Below, one piece after another: positions 11,287-22,577 of a stretch of 64,000 nt of DNA. The notes under the pieces are model-generated. The model searched no databases. It had not been told where the DNA came from and worked only from the letters and a program-made list of their open reading frames with translations. The DNA lies in NCBI GenBank assembly GCA_026196955.1, contig JAPHTO010000060.1, positions 18,425 to 82,424 on the forward strand, given 5' to 3'. Position 1 is the stretch's first letter; the number at the start of each line of letters is the position of its first letter. Source of the stretch: Colwellia sp. (GTDB taxonomy: Bacteria; Pseudomonadota; Gammaproteobacteria; Enterobacterales; Alteromonadaceae). The translations under genes were made by a program, and so were the position numbers.

Positions 11287-12183
11287 ATGCCACAAGCAGA
11301 CATGACTAACACCGATGAATTAAATCGCTATTTATTTGATAACATGCACGCCCGTGGTGAGCTAGTGCAACTAAGTAACAGCTACCAAGCCATTATTAAC
11401 AACCATAACTACCCATTAGGGGTGCGTTTATTGTTAGGGGAACTATTAGCAGCGACTTGTTTATTAACAGCGACGTTAAAATTTGAAGGTGAGATCACTG
11501 TGCAACTGCAAGGTGATGGGCCTGTCAGCTATATGTCAGTTAATGGTAACAACAATCAGCAAATGCGCGGAATTGCCAGACTAGCTGTTGCCGATATGTC
11601 AAATGAAGTAACAACCTTGCATGACTTAATTGGCAAAGGCACCATGGTGATCACCATCAGACCTACTCAAGGTGAAGCTTACCAAGGCGTAGTTGCTTTA
11701 GAACATGCAACATTAGCAGACTGTTTAGCGCACTACTTTGAAGTCTCAGAGCAAATTCCGACTAAAATTTGGTTATTTATTGATGATGACAAACAGCAGG
11801 CAGCTGGCAGCTTAGTACAGTTATTACCTGATGGTGATGGCAGTAGTGAAAATAAAGACAAGCAGGAAAGTGATTTTGAACACTTAACACAGTTAACCAA
11901 CACCATTAAAGCCGATGAAATTTTCACGCTTGAAGCACAAGCATTATTATACCGTTTATATCATCAAGAGAAAGTAAGCTTGTTCGAGCCACAAGCGATC
12001 AGTTATCAATGTGGCTGTTCAAGTGATAAATGTTTAGCTGCTATTTCACAAATTAAACCGGATGAGATTAGCGCCATTTTGACTGAGCACGGAAAAATCT
12101 CCATGACTTGTGAGTATTGTCTTACTTGTTATGACTTTTTTGCTGATGATTTAAAAAGTTTCACTTCGAAACAAACTCATTAG
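11287..12183 (+). CDS. hslO: Redox-regulated chaperone Hsp33
   Basis: 298 aa; C-terminal zinc centre CGC...CEYC (YQCGCSSDKC ... MTCEYCLTCY); follows hslR as in enterobacteria and vibrios. Confidence 0.95.
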   Translation: MPQADMTNTDELNRYLFDNMHARGELVQLSNSYQAIINNHNYPLGVRLLLGELLAATCLLTATLKFEGEITVQLQGDGPVSYMSVNGNNNQQMRGIARLAVADMSNEVTTLHDLIGKGTMVITIRPTQGEAYQGVVALEHATLADCLAHYFEVSEQIPTKIWLFIDDDKQQAAGSLVQLLPDGDGSSENKDKQESDFEHLTQLTNTIKADEIFTLEAQALLYRLYHQEKVSLFEPQAISYQCGCSSDKCLAAISQIKPDEISAILTEHGKISMTCEYCLTCYDFFADDLKSFTSKQTH

Positions 12184-12499
12184 TTACTAACTTTCAGTTT
12201 GTTCATAAAAACTTAACTTAGCACTCTTTTGGATATTTATTACTTAAAAGAGTGCCAAACCAACACCTCCTCGCAGCCCCTACCCTTATTATTGTTGTAA
12301 AATTACACTCAAGAAATATCAGACTATTTTAAATATTTATGTCGCTTATACTGAAAACTTTCAACTTAGGTTATTTTTTACTTTCGTTTTGTGCGTTATT
12401 CCCCTAAAATGACGCCGTGAAAACTTTTAAACCCTATTTCAACTTAAGCTCAACCTAAACTAAACTTAAAATTCGTCATACCTTAGGAGTGAATTTGCT

Positions 12500-14110
12500 A
12501 TGACCGCCCAAGAAAACTCAATTGATTTGTCACAATATGGCATTAACGATGTATCTGAAATTGTTTACAACCCATCATATGAGTTACTTTTTAGTGAAGA
12601 AACTAAAGCAGGTCTCGAAGGCTTTGATAAAGGCGTAGTCACGGAGCTTGGCGCAGTCAATGTTGATACAGGTATTTTTACTGGCCGTTCACCTAAAGAT
12701 AAATACATAGTTCGTGATGACGTTACCCGCGATACAGTTTGGTGGTCAGATCAAGGTAAAAACGACAATAAGCCAATGAGCACTGAAACTTGGGGTGAAC
12801 TTAAGAGCTTAGTGACTACTCAGCTTTCAGGAAAACGCTTGTTTGTTGTTGATACTTTTTGTGGCGCAAATGATGATACACGTTTAAAAGTTCGCTTTAT
12901 CACTGAAGTCGCATGGCAAGCGCACTTTGTTAAAAACATGTTCATTCGCCCAAGTGATGAAGAATTAAAAACTTACCAGCCTGATTTCGTGGTTATGAAT
13001 GGCGCTAAAACCACTAACCCTAACTGGAAAGAGCAAGGCTTAAATTCAGAAAATTTTGTTGCTTTTAACCTTACTGAAAAAATTCAATTAATTGGTGGAA
13101 CTTGGTACGGCGGCGAAATGAAAAAAGGTATGTTCTCAATGATGAACTACCTATTACCACTTAAAGGCATAGCGTCAATGCACTGTAGTGCAAACGTAGG
13201 CAAAGAAGGCGACGTTGCTGTGTTCTTTGGTTTATCTGGCACAGGTAAAACTACACTTTCTACTGATCCTAAGCGCCAATTAATTGGTGATGACGAACAC
13301 GGTTGGGATGACAACGGTGTATTTAACTTTGAAGGTGGCTGTTATGCTAAAACCATCAAGTTAAGCAAAGAAAATGAACCTGATATTTATAATGCTATTC
13401 GTCGTGATGCGTTACTAGAGAACGTAACAGTCAGCGATGATGGAACCATTGATTTTGATGATAACTCACGTACAGAAAACACGCGTGTTTCTTACCCAAT
13501 TCATCATATTGATAACATTGTTAAACCCGTTTCTCGTGCTGGTCATGCGAAAAAAGTTATTTTCTTAACCGCAGATGCTTTTGGTGTTTTACCACCGGTT
13601 GCGAAATTAACACCTGAGCAAACAGAATATTACTTCTTATCTGGCTTTACCGCTAAATTAGCAGGAACTGAGCGTGGCATTACCGAGCCTACACCTACTT
13701 TCTCAAGTTGTTTTGGTGCGGCTTTCTTAAGCTTACACCCAACACAATATGCAGAAGTTTTGCGTAAGCGCATGACAGATGCTGGTGCAGAAGCCTACTT
13801 AGTCAATACTGGTTGGAATGGTACTGGTAAACGTATTTCTATCAAAGCGACTCGCGCTATTATTGATGCGATTTTAGATGGTTCAATCGATCACGCTGAA
13901 ACAACCGTTGTACCTATGTTTAATCTTGCAGTACCAAATGCGATTGACGGCGTTGAAGATAATATTCTAGACCCAAGAAATACTTATCAAGATGCAAGCG
14001 AATGGCATGAAAAAGCTGTTGATTTAGCTAACCGTTTTGTCAATAACTTTGATAAATTCACTGATACCGATAACGGTAAAGCGTTAGTTGCTGCTGGCCC
14101 ACAGCTATAA
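12500..14110 (+). CDS. pckA: Phosphoenolpyruvate carboxykinase (ATP)
   Basis: 536 aa, kinase-1a motif [11 protein letters not shown], and strong overall resemblance to E. coli PckA. Confidence 0.97.
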   Translation: MTAQENSIDLSQYGINDVSEIVYNPSYELLFSEETKAGLEGFDKGVVTELGAVNVDTGIFTGRSPKDKYIVRDDVTRDTVWWSDQGKNDNKPMSTETWGELKSLVTTQLSGKRLFVVDTFCGANDDTRLKVRFITEVAWQAHFVKNMFIRPSDEELKTYQPDFVVMNGAKTTNPNWKEQGLNSENFVAFNLTEKIQLIGGTWYGGEMKKGMFSMMNYLLPLKGIASMHCSANVGKEGDVAVFFGLSGTGKTTLSTDPKRQLIGDDEHGWDDNGVFNFEGGCYAKTIKLSKENEPDIYNAIRRDALLENVTVSDDGTIDFDDNSRTENTRVSYPIHHIDNIVKPVSRAGHAKKVIFLTADAFGVLPPVAKLTPEQTEYYFLSGFTAKLAGTERGITEPTPTFSSCFGAAFLSLHPTQYAEVLRKRMTDAGAEAYLVNTGWNGTGKRISIKATRAIIDAILDGSIDHAETTVVPMFNLAVPNAIDGVEDNILDPRNTYQDASEWHEKAVDLANRFVNNFDKFTDTDNGKALVAAGPQL

Positions 14111-14126
14111 AAACAGGATGTAAAAT

Positions 14127-14157
14127 AAAAGCCCGCTACACTAGCGGGCTTTTTTTT
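14127..14157 (+). terminator. Intrinsic terminator after pckA
   Basis: Stem GCCCGCTA (14131-14138) pairs with TAGCGGGC (14142-14149), followed by a T8 run. Confidence 0.8.
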
Positions 14158-14262
14158 GCCTAAAACTGAATTGTTTTTTCAACAAGAACATAACAACTCG
14201 ACACGATAAAATAGCGGATGGCATCAAATTACCTTTGAATGAGTACATTTTGTCGAGTTAAG

Positions 14263-15558
14263 CTAAAATGTTAACGGTAAAGACACTTTTGCTTGCAAAC
14301 CGCCGCTAGCTTTATTCGATAGTTTGACCTTGCCGCCATGCGTATCAACAATACGTTTAATAATGGCCAAACCTAAACCACTGCCCTCAGTTCCGCGTGC
14401 CGTATCTCCTTGAGTAAAGGGTTGAAATAAACGATCAATATCAGCCTCAGGAATACCTTCTCCTTGATCGCTAACAATGAAATATACGCAGCTGTTTTTC
14501 TTATCATGACCGGTGATCACCTCTATATCACTTTGTGTATAGCGGATAGCATTTTGAATTAAATTTGCTAAGGCACGTTTTACAGCCACGTGGCGAAGCG
14601 GGATCTTAGGACAATCATGTGCAATAAAATGGATATTCCTGTCATTGGGAGTTTCGGCATTGATAACTTCTTCAACCAAAAGATTTAAGTCGCCTAGCTC
14701 AGCTTTATCTTTAGAATCGTGACGAATATAGTCAATAAACTGATCGATAATATTATTCATATCATCAATGTCGTTTTCAATGCCTTCTTTAAGAAAATCA
14801 TCAAGCTCCGACATCATCTCGCTAGCTAATCGAATGCGAGTTAATGGCGTACGTAAATCGTGGGAAATACCCGCCATCAGCAGGTTTCTGTCGTCTTCTA
14901 ATTGTTTTATGCCTTTAGACATATGATTAAAGGCTTGCGTTACCGCCATAATCTCTGACGTGCCATGCTCAGTGAGTGGCTCAGGGAAATCGCCTCGCCC
15001 AACATCTTCTGCCGCTCGTTGTAATGATTTTAAAGGTCGATTTAATTGCCTTACAAAGAGCCAACCACCCGCAACACTGAGTACACCAATAATGCCGAGG
15101 AAGAAAATAAGCGGTGAAAAGTTAGCTTCTTCTAAGCCCAATAAGGGAATTTTCACCCATAAATTAGGTGCTTGGGGTGGGCGGATCCAAAAAAGGTATT
15201 CATCTCCTTGTGATATTCTCACTTCTGCAGGGCCGCCAAGTAATTCAGACATTTGCTCTGAGCGATAAGGATAATATCCCGCAGAAGCTAAGCCCAATTT
15301 CAGCGCATCGCTTTCACGGTAAACACCAATTCCTGTTTCTCGATGAAAGGCTTCAGCCATTTTTGGGCTTAAACGGGCATCTTTAATATCAATAAAAACG
15401 ACACGAATCTGCTTAGCCAGCAACTGATTAATTTGTTGCTGGTTTGGCTCAATAACATACAGTGCGAAGGATATGTATGAGACAACCTGATTTACAAAGA
15501 GTAAAAAACCAATAAGTAATACAGTTTGCCCAAAGGCACTACGAGGCAATACTTTCAT
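14263..15558 (-). CDS. envZ: Osmolarity sensor histidine kinase EnvZ
   Basis: Two TM segments, HAMP domain, H-box [11 protein letters not shown], and N/G boxes ([23 protein letters not shown]). It lies downstream of ompR. Confidence 0.9.
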   Translation of the reverse strand: MKVLPRSAFGQTVLLIGFLLFVNQVVSYISFALYVIEPNQQQINQLLAKQIRVVFIDIKDARLSPKMAEAFHRETGIGVYRESDALKLGLASAGYYPYRSEQMSELLGGPAEVRISQGDEYLFWIRPPQAPNLWVKIPLLGLEEANFSPLIFFLGIIGVLSVAGGWLFVRQLNRPLKSLQRAAEDVGRGDFPEPLTEHGTSEIMAVTQAFNHMSKGIKQLEDDRNLLMAGISHDLRTPLTRIRLASEMMSELDDFLKEGIENDIDDMNNIIDQFIDYIRHDSKDKAELGDLNLLVEEVINAETPNDRNIHFIAHDCPKIPLRHVAVKRALANLIQNAIRYTQSDIEVITGHDKKNSCVYFIVSDQGEGIPEADIDRLFQPFTQGDTARGTEGSGLGLAIIKRIVDTHGGKVKLSNKASGGLQAKVSLPLTF

Positions 15559-15596
15559 CGAACCTTACTTAGCGCTGTTCGCAATAAGCTAATCAA

Positions 15597-16319
15597 TTAA
15601 ACGCTCGCGCCATCAGGTACAAAAACGTAGCCTAAACCCCAAACCGTTTGTAAATAGCGAGGTTTAGCAGGATCTTTTTCCAACATACGACGCAAGCGCG
15701 ATACTTGCACATCAATACTACGCTCAAGTGCTGAGTAATCACGTCCACGCGCTAAGTTCATTAACTTATCACGGGACAATGGCTCTCTAGGGTGTGTAAC
15801 TAAGGCCTTCAATACCGCAAATTCACCACTGGTTAATGGCATGCTAATATCCCCTTTAACCATTTCACGGGTCGCTAAATTAAGTTGGTATTCACCAAAA
15901 GTGATATTGTTCTCTTCTAATGATGGCGCCCCAGGTGCTTCTTGTACTCGGCGGCGCAATACCGCTTTAATCCGTGCTAACAACTCTCTCGGATTAAAAG
16001 GCTTAGGCATATAATCATCAGCACCAATCTCTAAACCAATAATGCGATCAACTTCATCACCTTTTGCCGTTAACATAACAATGGGCATGTTATTATTTTG
16101 TTGACGCAAGCGACGGCAAATTGACAGGCCATCTTCACCGGGTAGCATTAAATCTAGCACCAGTAAGTGGAAGTTTTCCCGCTCTAATAATCTATCCATT
16201 TGTTCTGAATTTGCAGCACTTCTCACGGCAAACCCTTGTTCTACGAGGTAACGCTCTAATAAGGAGCGTAAACGCATATCATCATCTACCACTAAAATTT
16301 TTTGAGTTTCTTGGGTCAT
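15597..16319 (-). CDS. ompR: Response regulator OmpR
   Basis: 240 aa with a receiver domain (ILVVDDD...LDLMLPGEDG) plus a winged-helix output domain; near-collinear with E. coli OmpR. Confidence 0.95.
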   Translation of the reverse strand: MTQETQKILVVDDDMRLRSLLERYLVEQGFAVRSAANSEQMDRLLERENFHLLVLDLMLPGEDGLSICRRLRQQNNNMPIVMLTAKGDEVDRIIGLEIGADDYMPKPFNPRELLARIKAVLRRRVQEAPGAPSLEENNITFGEYQLNLATREMVKGDISMPLTSGEFAVLKALVTHPREPLSRDKLMNLARGRDYSALERSIDVQVSRLRRMLEKDPAKPRYLQTVWGLGYVFVPDGASV

Positions 16320-16466
16320 ATTATTCTCTCAAGATTGCTAAGACGTTCATTTAATATGAAAAATACTATAAGCGATATCGCGACATATTAAAAAGAGCGT
16401 TTCGTAAATGTTTCAGGCCTTTTGTTACAATTTATGAATATAGTTGAAAACTTTAATTAATTGTAT

Positions 16467-16964
16467 TTATTGTAGATAATGAATTGCTTGCTCAGTAACG
16501 CATTGAGTAAAACTCTTTTTACGTTCACTGCGCGATAGCGCCAAAATAGCTTTCTCAACTAAGGCCATTTTTTGCTTTCGTTCAACCTCAGGCAAATGTG
16601 CTAATTGCTCATGAAAGCAACCTAATAAACCAAAATTTAAAGCCACATCCGATTGCATACTATCTTCTCCTAAGCAAGCAATCAGCTTTTCTGCCAAACG
16701 ATCTTTATCCATTTTTAACACCAGCTCATTGAGCTTATAGGTAACAGGCTCAACTTTTCTTGCCTTATTACAGGAATACAGCATATCTGCCACCGCAACA
16801 ATTGGAATAAGTTTTTGATGTTGTTCACTAAATTTTTCTTTGAGCCAAGCATTATGCTCTTTAATTGCTTGCTCTTGTGTTGAATTACTTGAAAATGCCC
16901 AGACAGGCATTGGCTTGACTAACAGTGAAAAAAATAAAAAGAAGAGTATAAATGATGTTTTCAT
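16467..16964 (-). CDS. Secreted hypothetical protein
   Basis: 165-aa ORF with a signal peptide (MKTSFILFFLFFSLLVKPMPVWA); no recognisable motif. Confidence 0.55.
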   Translation of the reverse strand: MKTSFILFFLFFSLLVKPMPVWAFSSNSTQEQAIKEHNAWLKEKFSEQHQKLIPIVAVADMLYSCNKARKVEPVTYKLNELVLKMDKDRLAEKLIACLGEDSMQSDVALNFGLLGCFHEQLAHLPEVERKQKMALVEKAILALSRSERKKSFTQCVTEQAIHYLQ

Positions 16965-17280
16965 TACATATAGTTAGCTTGCTTGAGAGAGTAAGTTAAG
17001 TATACCGCTTCTATTTTAAGATGCTAGTTTAGCGCTAGCTCATATGACTTTACTTTTAACATAAAACCCTACTAAGTAGAAACAGCATTAATACCAACCG
17101 CCTAAGTAATATTTTTATGCATTATCATGATTTTTATCGTATATTCGTTAGTGTGATTTCAGCTTGTAGTGACTGCACAAGTAGAATTTTTGCCAAAAGA
17201 ATTAAATGGGGCTCTAATAGCGCGAAACACGCAAGCCTTACAGCACATTTAAAATACTATGAATAAATCAGGAAGACATT

Positions 17281-18096
17281 ATGAACCCAGAAGAAATCGT
17301 TAATCAGATGACGCAAATGACATTACTCTATGGTCCTAAATTGCTTGGAGCAATCGTTGTATGGGTCATTGGTGGATGGATAATAGGAGCCATCGGTCGT
17401 GGTGTAGAAAAAGCGTTAAACAAAAGTAAGACAGATCCATCACTAATGCCTTTCCTTATGGGAATTGTGAACGGCCTTTTAAGGATAATGTTAGTTATTA
17501 CCGTGCTTGGTATGTTAGGCATCGAAATGACCTCCTTTATTGCTATTCTTGGTGCTGCCGGTTTAGCTGTGGGTATGGCGCTTTCGGGTACCTTACAGAA
17601 TTTTGCTGGTGGTGTGATGATTCTCATCTTCAAACCATTCAAAGTGGGTGATGTTATTGAAGCACAAGGCTATACAGGCTCTGTTGCTCAGATACAAATT
17701 TTCAATACCATTATGAAAACCCCTGATAATAAAACTATCATCATTCCTAACGGTGGTTTGTCAACATCGTCCATGGTGAATTACTCCACTGAAGCAACCA
17801 GACGTGTTGATTGGACTGTGGGCATTGCTTATGGTGACGATGCAGACAAAGCGCGCGAAGTGATCAAACGTTTATGTGATGAAGACTCGCGTATTTTAAA
17901 AGATCCAGAGTTATTTATTGCCGTTTCAGCCTTAGCAGACAGCTCGGTTAATTTTGCCGTTAGAGCATGGGTGAATGCACCTGACTATTGGGGCGTATAC
18001 TTTGAATTGAATGAGAAAATATATAAAACCTTTGAAAGTGAAGGATTAAATATTCCTTACCCACAAATGGATATTCATTTACATAAAGACGCTTAG
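17281..18096 (+). CDS. Small-conductance mechanosensitive channel (MscS family)
   Basis: Three N-terminal TM helices, then the MscS beta-domain signature (FKPFKVGDVIEAQGYTGSVAQIQIFNTIMKTPDNKTIIIPNG). Confidence 0.9.
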   Translation: MNPEEIVNQMTQMTLLYGPKLLGAIVVWVIGGWIIGAIGRGVEKALNKSKTDPSLMPFLMGIVNGLLRIMLVITVLGMLGIEMTSFIAILGAAGLAVGMALSGTLQNFAGGVMILIFKPFKVGDVIEAQGYTGSVAQIQIFNTIMKTPDNKTIIIPNGGLSTSSMVNYSTEATRRVDWTVGIAYGDDADKAREVIKRLCDEDSRILKDPELFIAVSALADSSVNFAVRAWVNAPDYWGVYFELNEKIYKTFESEGLNIPYPQMDIHLHKDA

Positions 18097-18140
18097 CAAC
18101 GAGCAAAACCGGTAAGCAGAAAGTAATCGGTATAAACTGA

Positions 18141-18176
18141 AAAGAGCAGACCAAATTAACTTGGCCTGCTCTTTTT
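18141..18176. terminator. Imperfect hairpin between the convergent mscS-like and PepSY genes (possible bidirectional terminator)
   Basis: AAAGAGCAG..CC / GG..CTGCTCTTTTT arms flanked by A- and T-runs. Confidence 0.5.
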
Positions 18177-18212
18177 CATTATCAAAGGCCTGTATATAAA
18201 AAGTTGCTTAAC

Positions 18213-18992
18213 CTAGCGCTTTGCTCTGGCATAGCGTATCCAAATATAAATGCCACTTAATGAAAGCAGTATTAATAAAATAGCCACTGCGTCCATAAAT
18301 AACACACCAAACAACCCTAATATACGACCGCTATGAGCATCTAAAACAATACGCTCTAACGTTAGAAACTGCGAACGATAGGCTAATACGGCATGTGCTA
18401 TTGTCTTTTCTGGCGCCTGAGTAGGCATTATCCAAGTTGGTTCAACAATAAAATTAACATCTTGCCACTCAAAAAAATCATGATTAGTTTGATAATAACC
18501 TGAAGGTGTACTGACAATAATACTGTGCTTGTCAACGCTTACTGCACGGATATTTTGCGGTACTCCAAGCGCCTCGCCTAATTGATCAATTAAGTCGCCT
18601 TCTTGATTGAATAAGTAAATGTTATCATCACTTACCGCCAAAATAGTCTTAGCAGGTGAATTGGGAGATAATGAAATAAACGTCGCAGCAACAATATGGC
18701 TAACGCCTTCTAATAACAATTTATCATTAAACCAAAGTAAGTTATTAGTTACCTGAAGAGCATTTTGCTGATAAAAGCGCACGTCACTTGGCGGTGAAAT
18801 ACCATAATGATCTAATAACAACGTATTTTTAATTGGCTTGTGAGCAAGCGATAGCATGTCGGTATGATTTAGAGCAATACCAGAAAGCGATAAAAAAATC
18901 AGAAAAAAAGCAGCAATAATACCCAGCTTTCGATGCCATTCTCGCAAGTGGCGAATGAGACGATTATGCAGTGATTTTGATGATGGTTTCAT
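18213..18992 (-). CDS. PepSY-associated TM-helix protein (PiuB/FoxB-like putative reductase)
   Basis: 259 aa with N- and C-terminal TM helices and the typical RxxHRxxG-like start (LREWHRKLGIIAAFF). It is the last gene of the porin operon. Confidence 0.65.
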   Translation of the reverse strand: MKPSSKSLHNRLIRHLREWHRKLGIIAAFFLIFLSLSGIALNHTDMLSLAHKPIKNTLLLDHYGISPPSDVRFYQQNALQVTNNLLWFNDKLLLEGVSHIVAATFISLSPNSPAKTILAVSDDNIYLFNQEGDLIDQLGEALGVPQNIRAVSVDKHSIIVSTPSGYYQTNHDFFEWQDVNFIVEPTWIMPTQAPEKTIAHAVLAYRSQFLTLERIVLDAHSGRILGLFGVLFMDAVAILLILLSLSGIYIWIRYARAKR

Positions 18993-19073
18993 AGCTTATT
19001 TAAAGGATTACATAGCGCGTTTGCATTAGATTGCGCCTATTCTGCCGCAAGCATCACTTATAAGCTAGAAATT

Positions 19074-19613
19074 TTAATGACCGTTTAATGCTTTATTATT
19101 TAACCACAAAGCAAGGCGGGCAATTTTAGTGGTTGCTCTAACTGAAAGCGTAGCGCCGGTGATGCCGTCTATATCTTGTGTTAAGCGTTTTTCGCTATCC
19201 AGGCTCGCATTGATAAATTGTTTCGCATAGAAGTCGTGTCGAACTTCATCACCACGGCTCTCTCTAAAAGTCAGCACTTTAAGTTTGCTAATGTGCTGTT
19301 TACCTTGATGCACACTAATGTGGACACCGATAGTAATAGGTTTTTCTTTTCCAACCTCATCCAAAATCCAAACACTGTCATTACCCTGTTGCCAGTACCG
19401 AATTCGCATGCGATTGAATTTATGACTAAGAATCTCTGCAATGACGGCTTTATCTTCTTTAGTGAGCCAAAGCATTTTAACAGCCGAGTTCTCGCCTAAA
19501 CTGGCACTGATAAACGCTTTTGGTGTTTGATAAACACCTTTAGCCGCAAGGCATTCAAAGCTGAATAACCAAAGCGAAATAAACAATACTAAAGAGGTAA
19601 ATATTTTCATCAT
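19074..19613 (-). CDS. Periplasmic FMN-binding domain protein (flavinylation motif)
   Basis: Signal peptide plus a C-terminal DIDGITGATLSVRA segment, matching the [S/T]GA[S/T] covalent-FMN motif of FMN_bind domains. Confidence 0.7.
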   Translation of the reverse strand: MMKIFTSLVLFISLWLFSFECLAAKGVYQTPKAFISASLGENSAVKMLWLTKEDKAVIAEILSHKFNRMRIRYWQQGNDSVWILDEVGKEKPITIGVHISVHQGKQHISKLKVLTFRESRGDEVRHDFYAKQFINASLDSEKRLTQDIDGITGATLSVRATTKIARLALWLNNKALNGH

Positions 19614-19702
19614 TTATCAACACTCATTAACAGAAAAAGTGAATAGTACTTTTGCACTATCCACTCGCTTTTTAATCTATATTGCTTGAAGTAATAGCAA
19701 TA

Positions 19703-20878
19703 TTAGAACTGATAGCCAAAGCCTAAGTTAAAGCCTTTAGAATCTTTAGCACCACCAAGATCTTCATAGTCAGCCTTTAAAACTACATTTTCATGAATGT
19801 AGTAGTTAACACCAACACTCGTTGATTCAACAGCAGTTGAGTCACTATTACCGGCATTGTTGTCATATTCAGCATAACGCGCAAAAACACCTACTTTTTC
19901 ATTAAAGGCATAAGAAGGTTCAATGTACCAACCTGTTTGCTCATCACGGCCTAACGCTTTTGCTTCATCACCATTAATATCCCAACGAGCATATAATGCA
20001 CGTACAGTGAAATCGCTTACTTGATAGATAGCATGTGCTTCAAGTAATGTTGCATCAGCGGTATCAATAGGTGCATCAAAGTTATTACCACCTTGAGTAA
20101 TATCTGTTTGATATTGAACAGTAGCAGCAAGCTCTAAACCAGTAACCGCTGTGTATTTAACACGCGCTGTATAAGCTAAGTTTTCAGCTGATGCTTTCGC
20201 GACTTTTTGACGGCCATTACGAATTTTAAAATCATCACCAACTTCTAAGCCACTGGTTGCTGCACCATCGATGCTTAACCCTGCTGACGGTTTGAAGTTA
20301 AAAGCAACACCGGCTTCCCACCAAGTTGCTGGAATAATATTTTTTTCCACGCCGTTACGCTCAACACCGTAAAATGTTGGTGGCTCATGAGTTTCATTAA
20401 TAATACCAACCGGAATTAAGAATAAACCAACCTTTGAGCTCACTTCTTGATTGATATCAACTTCAACATAAGCTTGCTCAAGTTCAACCTCACCAGATTT
20501 GCCTTCACCTGCAATTGAGTGCTCTAGTTCAAACTCAGAGAAAAAACGTACACTGTCACTAAATTCATGGCCGAAAAATAATACAAAACGGTGAAAATCA
20601 ATTTTCGCATCGCTATCATCATAGTTGTTATAGTGTAGCTCACCATAGCCACCAATGGTTGTATTAGCAAAAACACTTTCTTCCGCTTTTACTTCAACTT
20701 GATCAGCCGTTGCATTCAATTTTTGATCAGTTTCATCTAAACGTTTTTCTAAAGACTGTAGAACTTTTTGTTGTTCCGCAATGATTTGACGTAATTTATC
20801 CGTTTCTTCGTTTGCGATAGCCGCGTTGCTGGCAAAAAGACCAATTAAAGCCGAAGCAATTAATGTTTTCTTCATCAT
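19703..20878 (-). CDS. Outer-membrane porin (OprO/P-like family, N-terminal coiled coil)
   Basis: Signal peptide, a coiled-coil stretch, alternating beta-strand pattern, and the terminal GFGYQF aromatic residue. Confidence 0.75.
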   Translation of the reverse strand: MMKKTLIASALIGLFASNAAIANEETDKLRQIIAEQQKVLQSLEKRLDETDQKLNATADQVEVKAEESVFANTTIGGYGELHYNNYDDSDAKIDFHRFVLFFGHEFSDSVRFFSEFELEHSIAGEGKSGEVELEQAYVEVDINQEVSSKVGLFLIPVGIINETHEPPTFYGVERNGVEKNIIPATWWEAGVAFNFKPSAGLSIDGAATSGLEVGDDFKIRNGRQKVAKASAENLAYTARVKYTAVTGLELAATVQYQTDITQGGNNFDAPIDTADATLLEAHAIYQVSDFTVRALYARWDINGDEAKALGRDEQTGWYIEPSYAFNEKVGVFARYAEYDNNAGNSDSTAVESTSVGVNYYIHENVVLKADYEDLGGAKDSKGFNLGFGYQF

Positions 20879-21009
20879 GTGAGTAATTCCAATAGTATGT
20901 AATGTTATTTTAGTGCTAACAGTGTTAGCGGAAATCGGTTATTGGAAGGCTTTATAATAGTAAAAAATGGAGAGCACCTTCTCAAAAGTGGCGCTATTAA
21001 ACCATATAG

Positions 21010-21028
21010 ACAAATGAGAATCAATATC
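21010..21028. promoter_or_regulatory. Candidate Fur box upstream of the porin/FMN-binding/PepSY operon
   Basis: ACAAATGAGAATCAATATC matches 14 of 19 positions of GATAATGATAATCATTATC. It lies ~130-150 nt upstream of the porin ATG (20878). Confidence 0.45.
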
Positions 21029-21183
21029 ATTTGCATTATTTATTACACAAAATGAACTTTATTTGATTTAGGTCATGTTGTGATTCTTTAATTTGAGGTT
21101 AGTGAGGGAAATTGGCAGCATAATCATCATGAAAGACATGACACATACCATAGTCAATTCAGTACAACACAAGATCTTGACTT

Positions 21184-21849
21184 TTATTTAGTCAAAATAC
21201 TTCTCGCACCTTTAATAAATTCTTCTTTATCCACATTCATAGGCTCTGGTACAAGAATGCCTTTTTGAACGGCTGGGCGTTGCGCTATTTGTTCAACCCA
21301 ACGGGCTAGATTAGGAAAATCGTCTAAACTGACACCAGACCAATCATGCGTATGTACCCAACACCAATTAGCCATGTCTGCGATAGAATATGCTGCTGTT
21401 AAATATTCACTGTCTTTAAGTTGTGCGTCTAGCACTGAAAAAAGCCTTTTGACTTCATTTTGATAGCGATCAATGACTGGCTGAATTTTCTCAGGGAAGT
21501 AGCGATAAAACACATTGGCTTGCCCCATCATTGGGCCTATTCCGCCCATTTGAAACATTAACCATTGCATTACTTGTGAGCGTTCCTTACTGGTTTGGGG
21601 CAAAAACAAGCCTGATTTTTCTGCCAAATAAATCATAATGGCGCCTGTTTCAAATACAGAAAAGTCATCATTACTTCGATCAACAATCGCAGGAATACGA
21701 CCATTAGGACATAAGGTTAAAAACGCTGCTGATTTTTGCTCGCCTTTCATTAAATCAATGGCATGAACTTGATAGTCCATAGCCATTTCCTCTAACGCTA
21801 CCGAGGCTTTCCACCCGTTAGGTGTCGCTGCTGTGTAGAGATCAATCAT
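21184..21849 (-). CDS. Glutathione S-transferase family protein, YfcG-like
   Basis: From Met33 the protein reads [57 protein letters not shown], very like the E. coli YfcG N-terminus. The tracked start at 21945 would overlap the upstream GST by 95 nt. Confidence 0.8.
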   Translation of the reverse strand: MIDLYTAATPNGWKASVALEEMAMDYQVHAIDLMKGEQKSAAFLTLCPNGRIPAIVDRSNDDFSVFETGAIMIYLAEKSGLFLPQTSKERSQVMQWLMFQMGGIGPMMGQANVFYRYFPEKIQPVIDRYQNEVKRLFSVLDAQLKDSEYLTAAYSIADMANWCWVHTHDWSGVSLDDFPNLARWVEQIAQRPAVQKGILVPEPMNVDKEEFIKGARSILTK

Positions 21850-21850
21850 C

Positions 21851-22459
21851 TTAGGCACTGTAACTTGGGCGGGCTGAGACTCTTTCATACCAAGCCAATA
21901 AATGGCTATGCTCATCACTGGGGCGTATTTGAACAACACGCGCAAAGTCTATGGCGCAAAGTAAAACAATATCTGCGATGCTAAAGTAATCACCGACAAG
22001 GTAAGTCGACTCTTTCAAATGCTCATTCAGCTCATCAAAGTAAGCGATGGCATTTTTCCCTGACTCTTTACCCCACTCTTCCACAGGCGTCATGCGATCT
22101 TTAAAATAACCTGTGGTGTGTTGAAAGCACATACCAATAGGTAGCATAAAATGAAATTCAATACGGCGGTGCCACATTTCAACTTGCGCTTTTTCTAAAG
22201 GCGTTCGACCCATAAGCGGATTTTCAGGATGTAACTCTTCAAAATAACGACAAATAGCAAGCGTTTCACCAAGGCAGGTGCCATCATCTAATTCCAAAAA
22301 GGGAATTTTAGTGGTTGGATTTTTAGCGCGCATTGCAGGTGATAAATTCTCACCCGCAGCAATATCCACTTCAACATAGTCCATCTCAATGCCTTTTTCA
22401 GCAAGAAAAACACGTACACGCCGAGGATTAGGGGCTTTGTGGGTTTGGTAAATTTTCAT
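21851..22459 (-). CDS. Glutathione S-transferase family protein
   Basis: 202 aa with a thioredoxin-like N-domain ([25 protein letters not shown]) and a helical C-domain. Confidence 0.85.
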   Translation of the reverse strand: MKIYQTHKAPNPRRVRVFLAEKGIEMDYVEVDIAAGENLSPAMRAKNPTTKIPFLELDDGTCLGETLAICRYFEELHPENPLMGRTPLEKAQVEMWHRRIEFHFMLPIGMCFQHTTGYFKDRMTPVEEWGKESGKNAIAYFDELNEHLKESTYLVGDYFSIADIVLLCAIDFARVVQIRPSDEHSHLLAWYERVSARPSYSA

Positions 22460-22577
22460 TTAAGCTATCCTATGTTGTTATGTTATTAATCACCTTATCA
22501 GCATTTTTAAGCGGCATAAATAAGTTTAAAATCTCTAGCTTCTATAAAAAGGCGAAAGATCAACAGCCCCTAAGCTT

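Noticed and set aside
12221-12256. 10-bp hairpin GCACTCTTTT/AAAAGAGTGC downstream of hslO as an intrinsic terminator.
   Set aside because: It has a 16-nt loop and no T-tract after the stem. It may still terminate, but the evidence is too weak to list as a feature.
21850-21945. N-terminal extension of the YfcG-like GST that overlaps the upstream GST by 95 nt.
   Set aside because: The YfcG-type N-terminus MIDLYT... starts at 21849, directly after the upstream stop codon (21851-21853). The extension has no GST counterpart.
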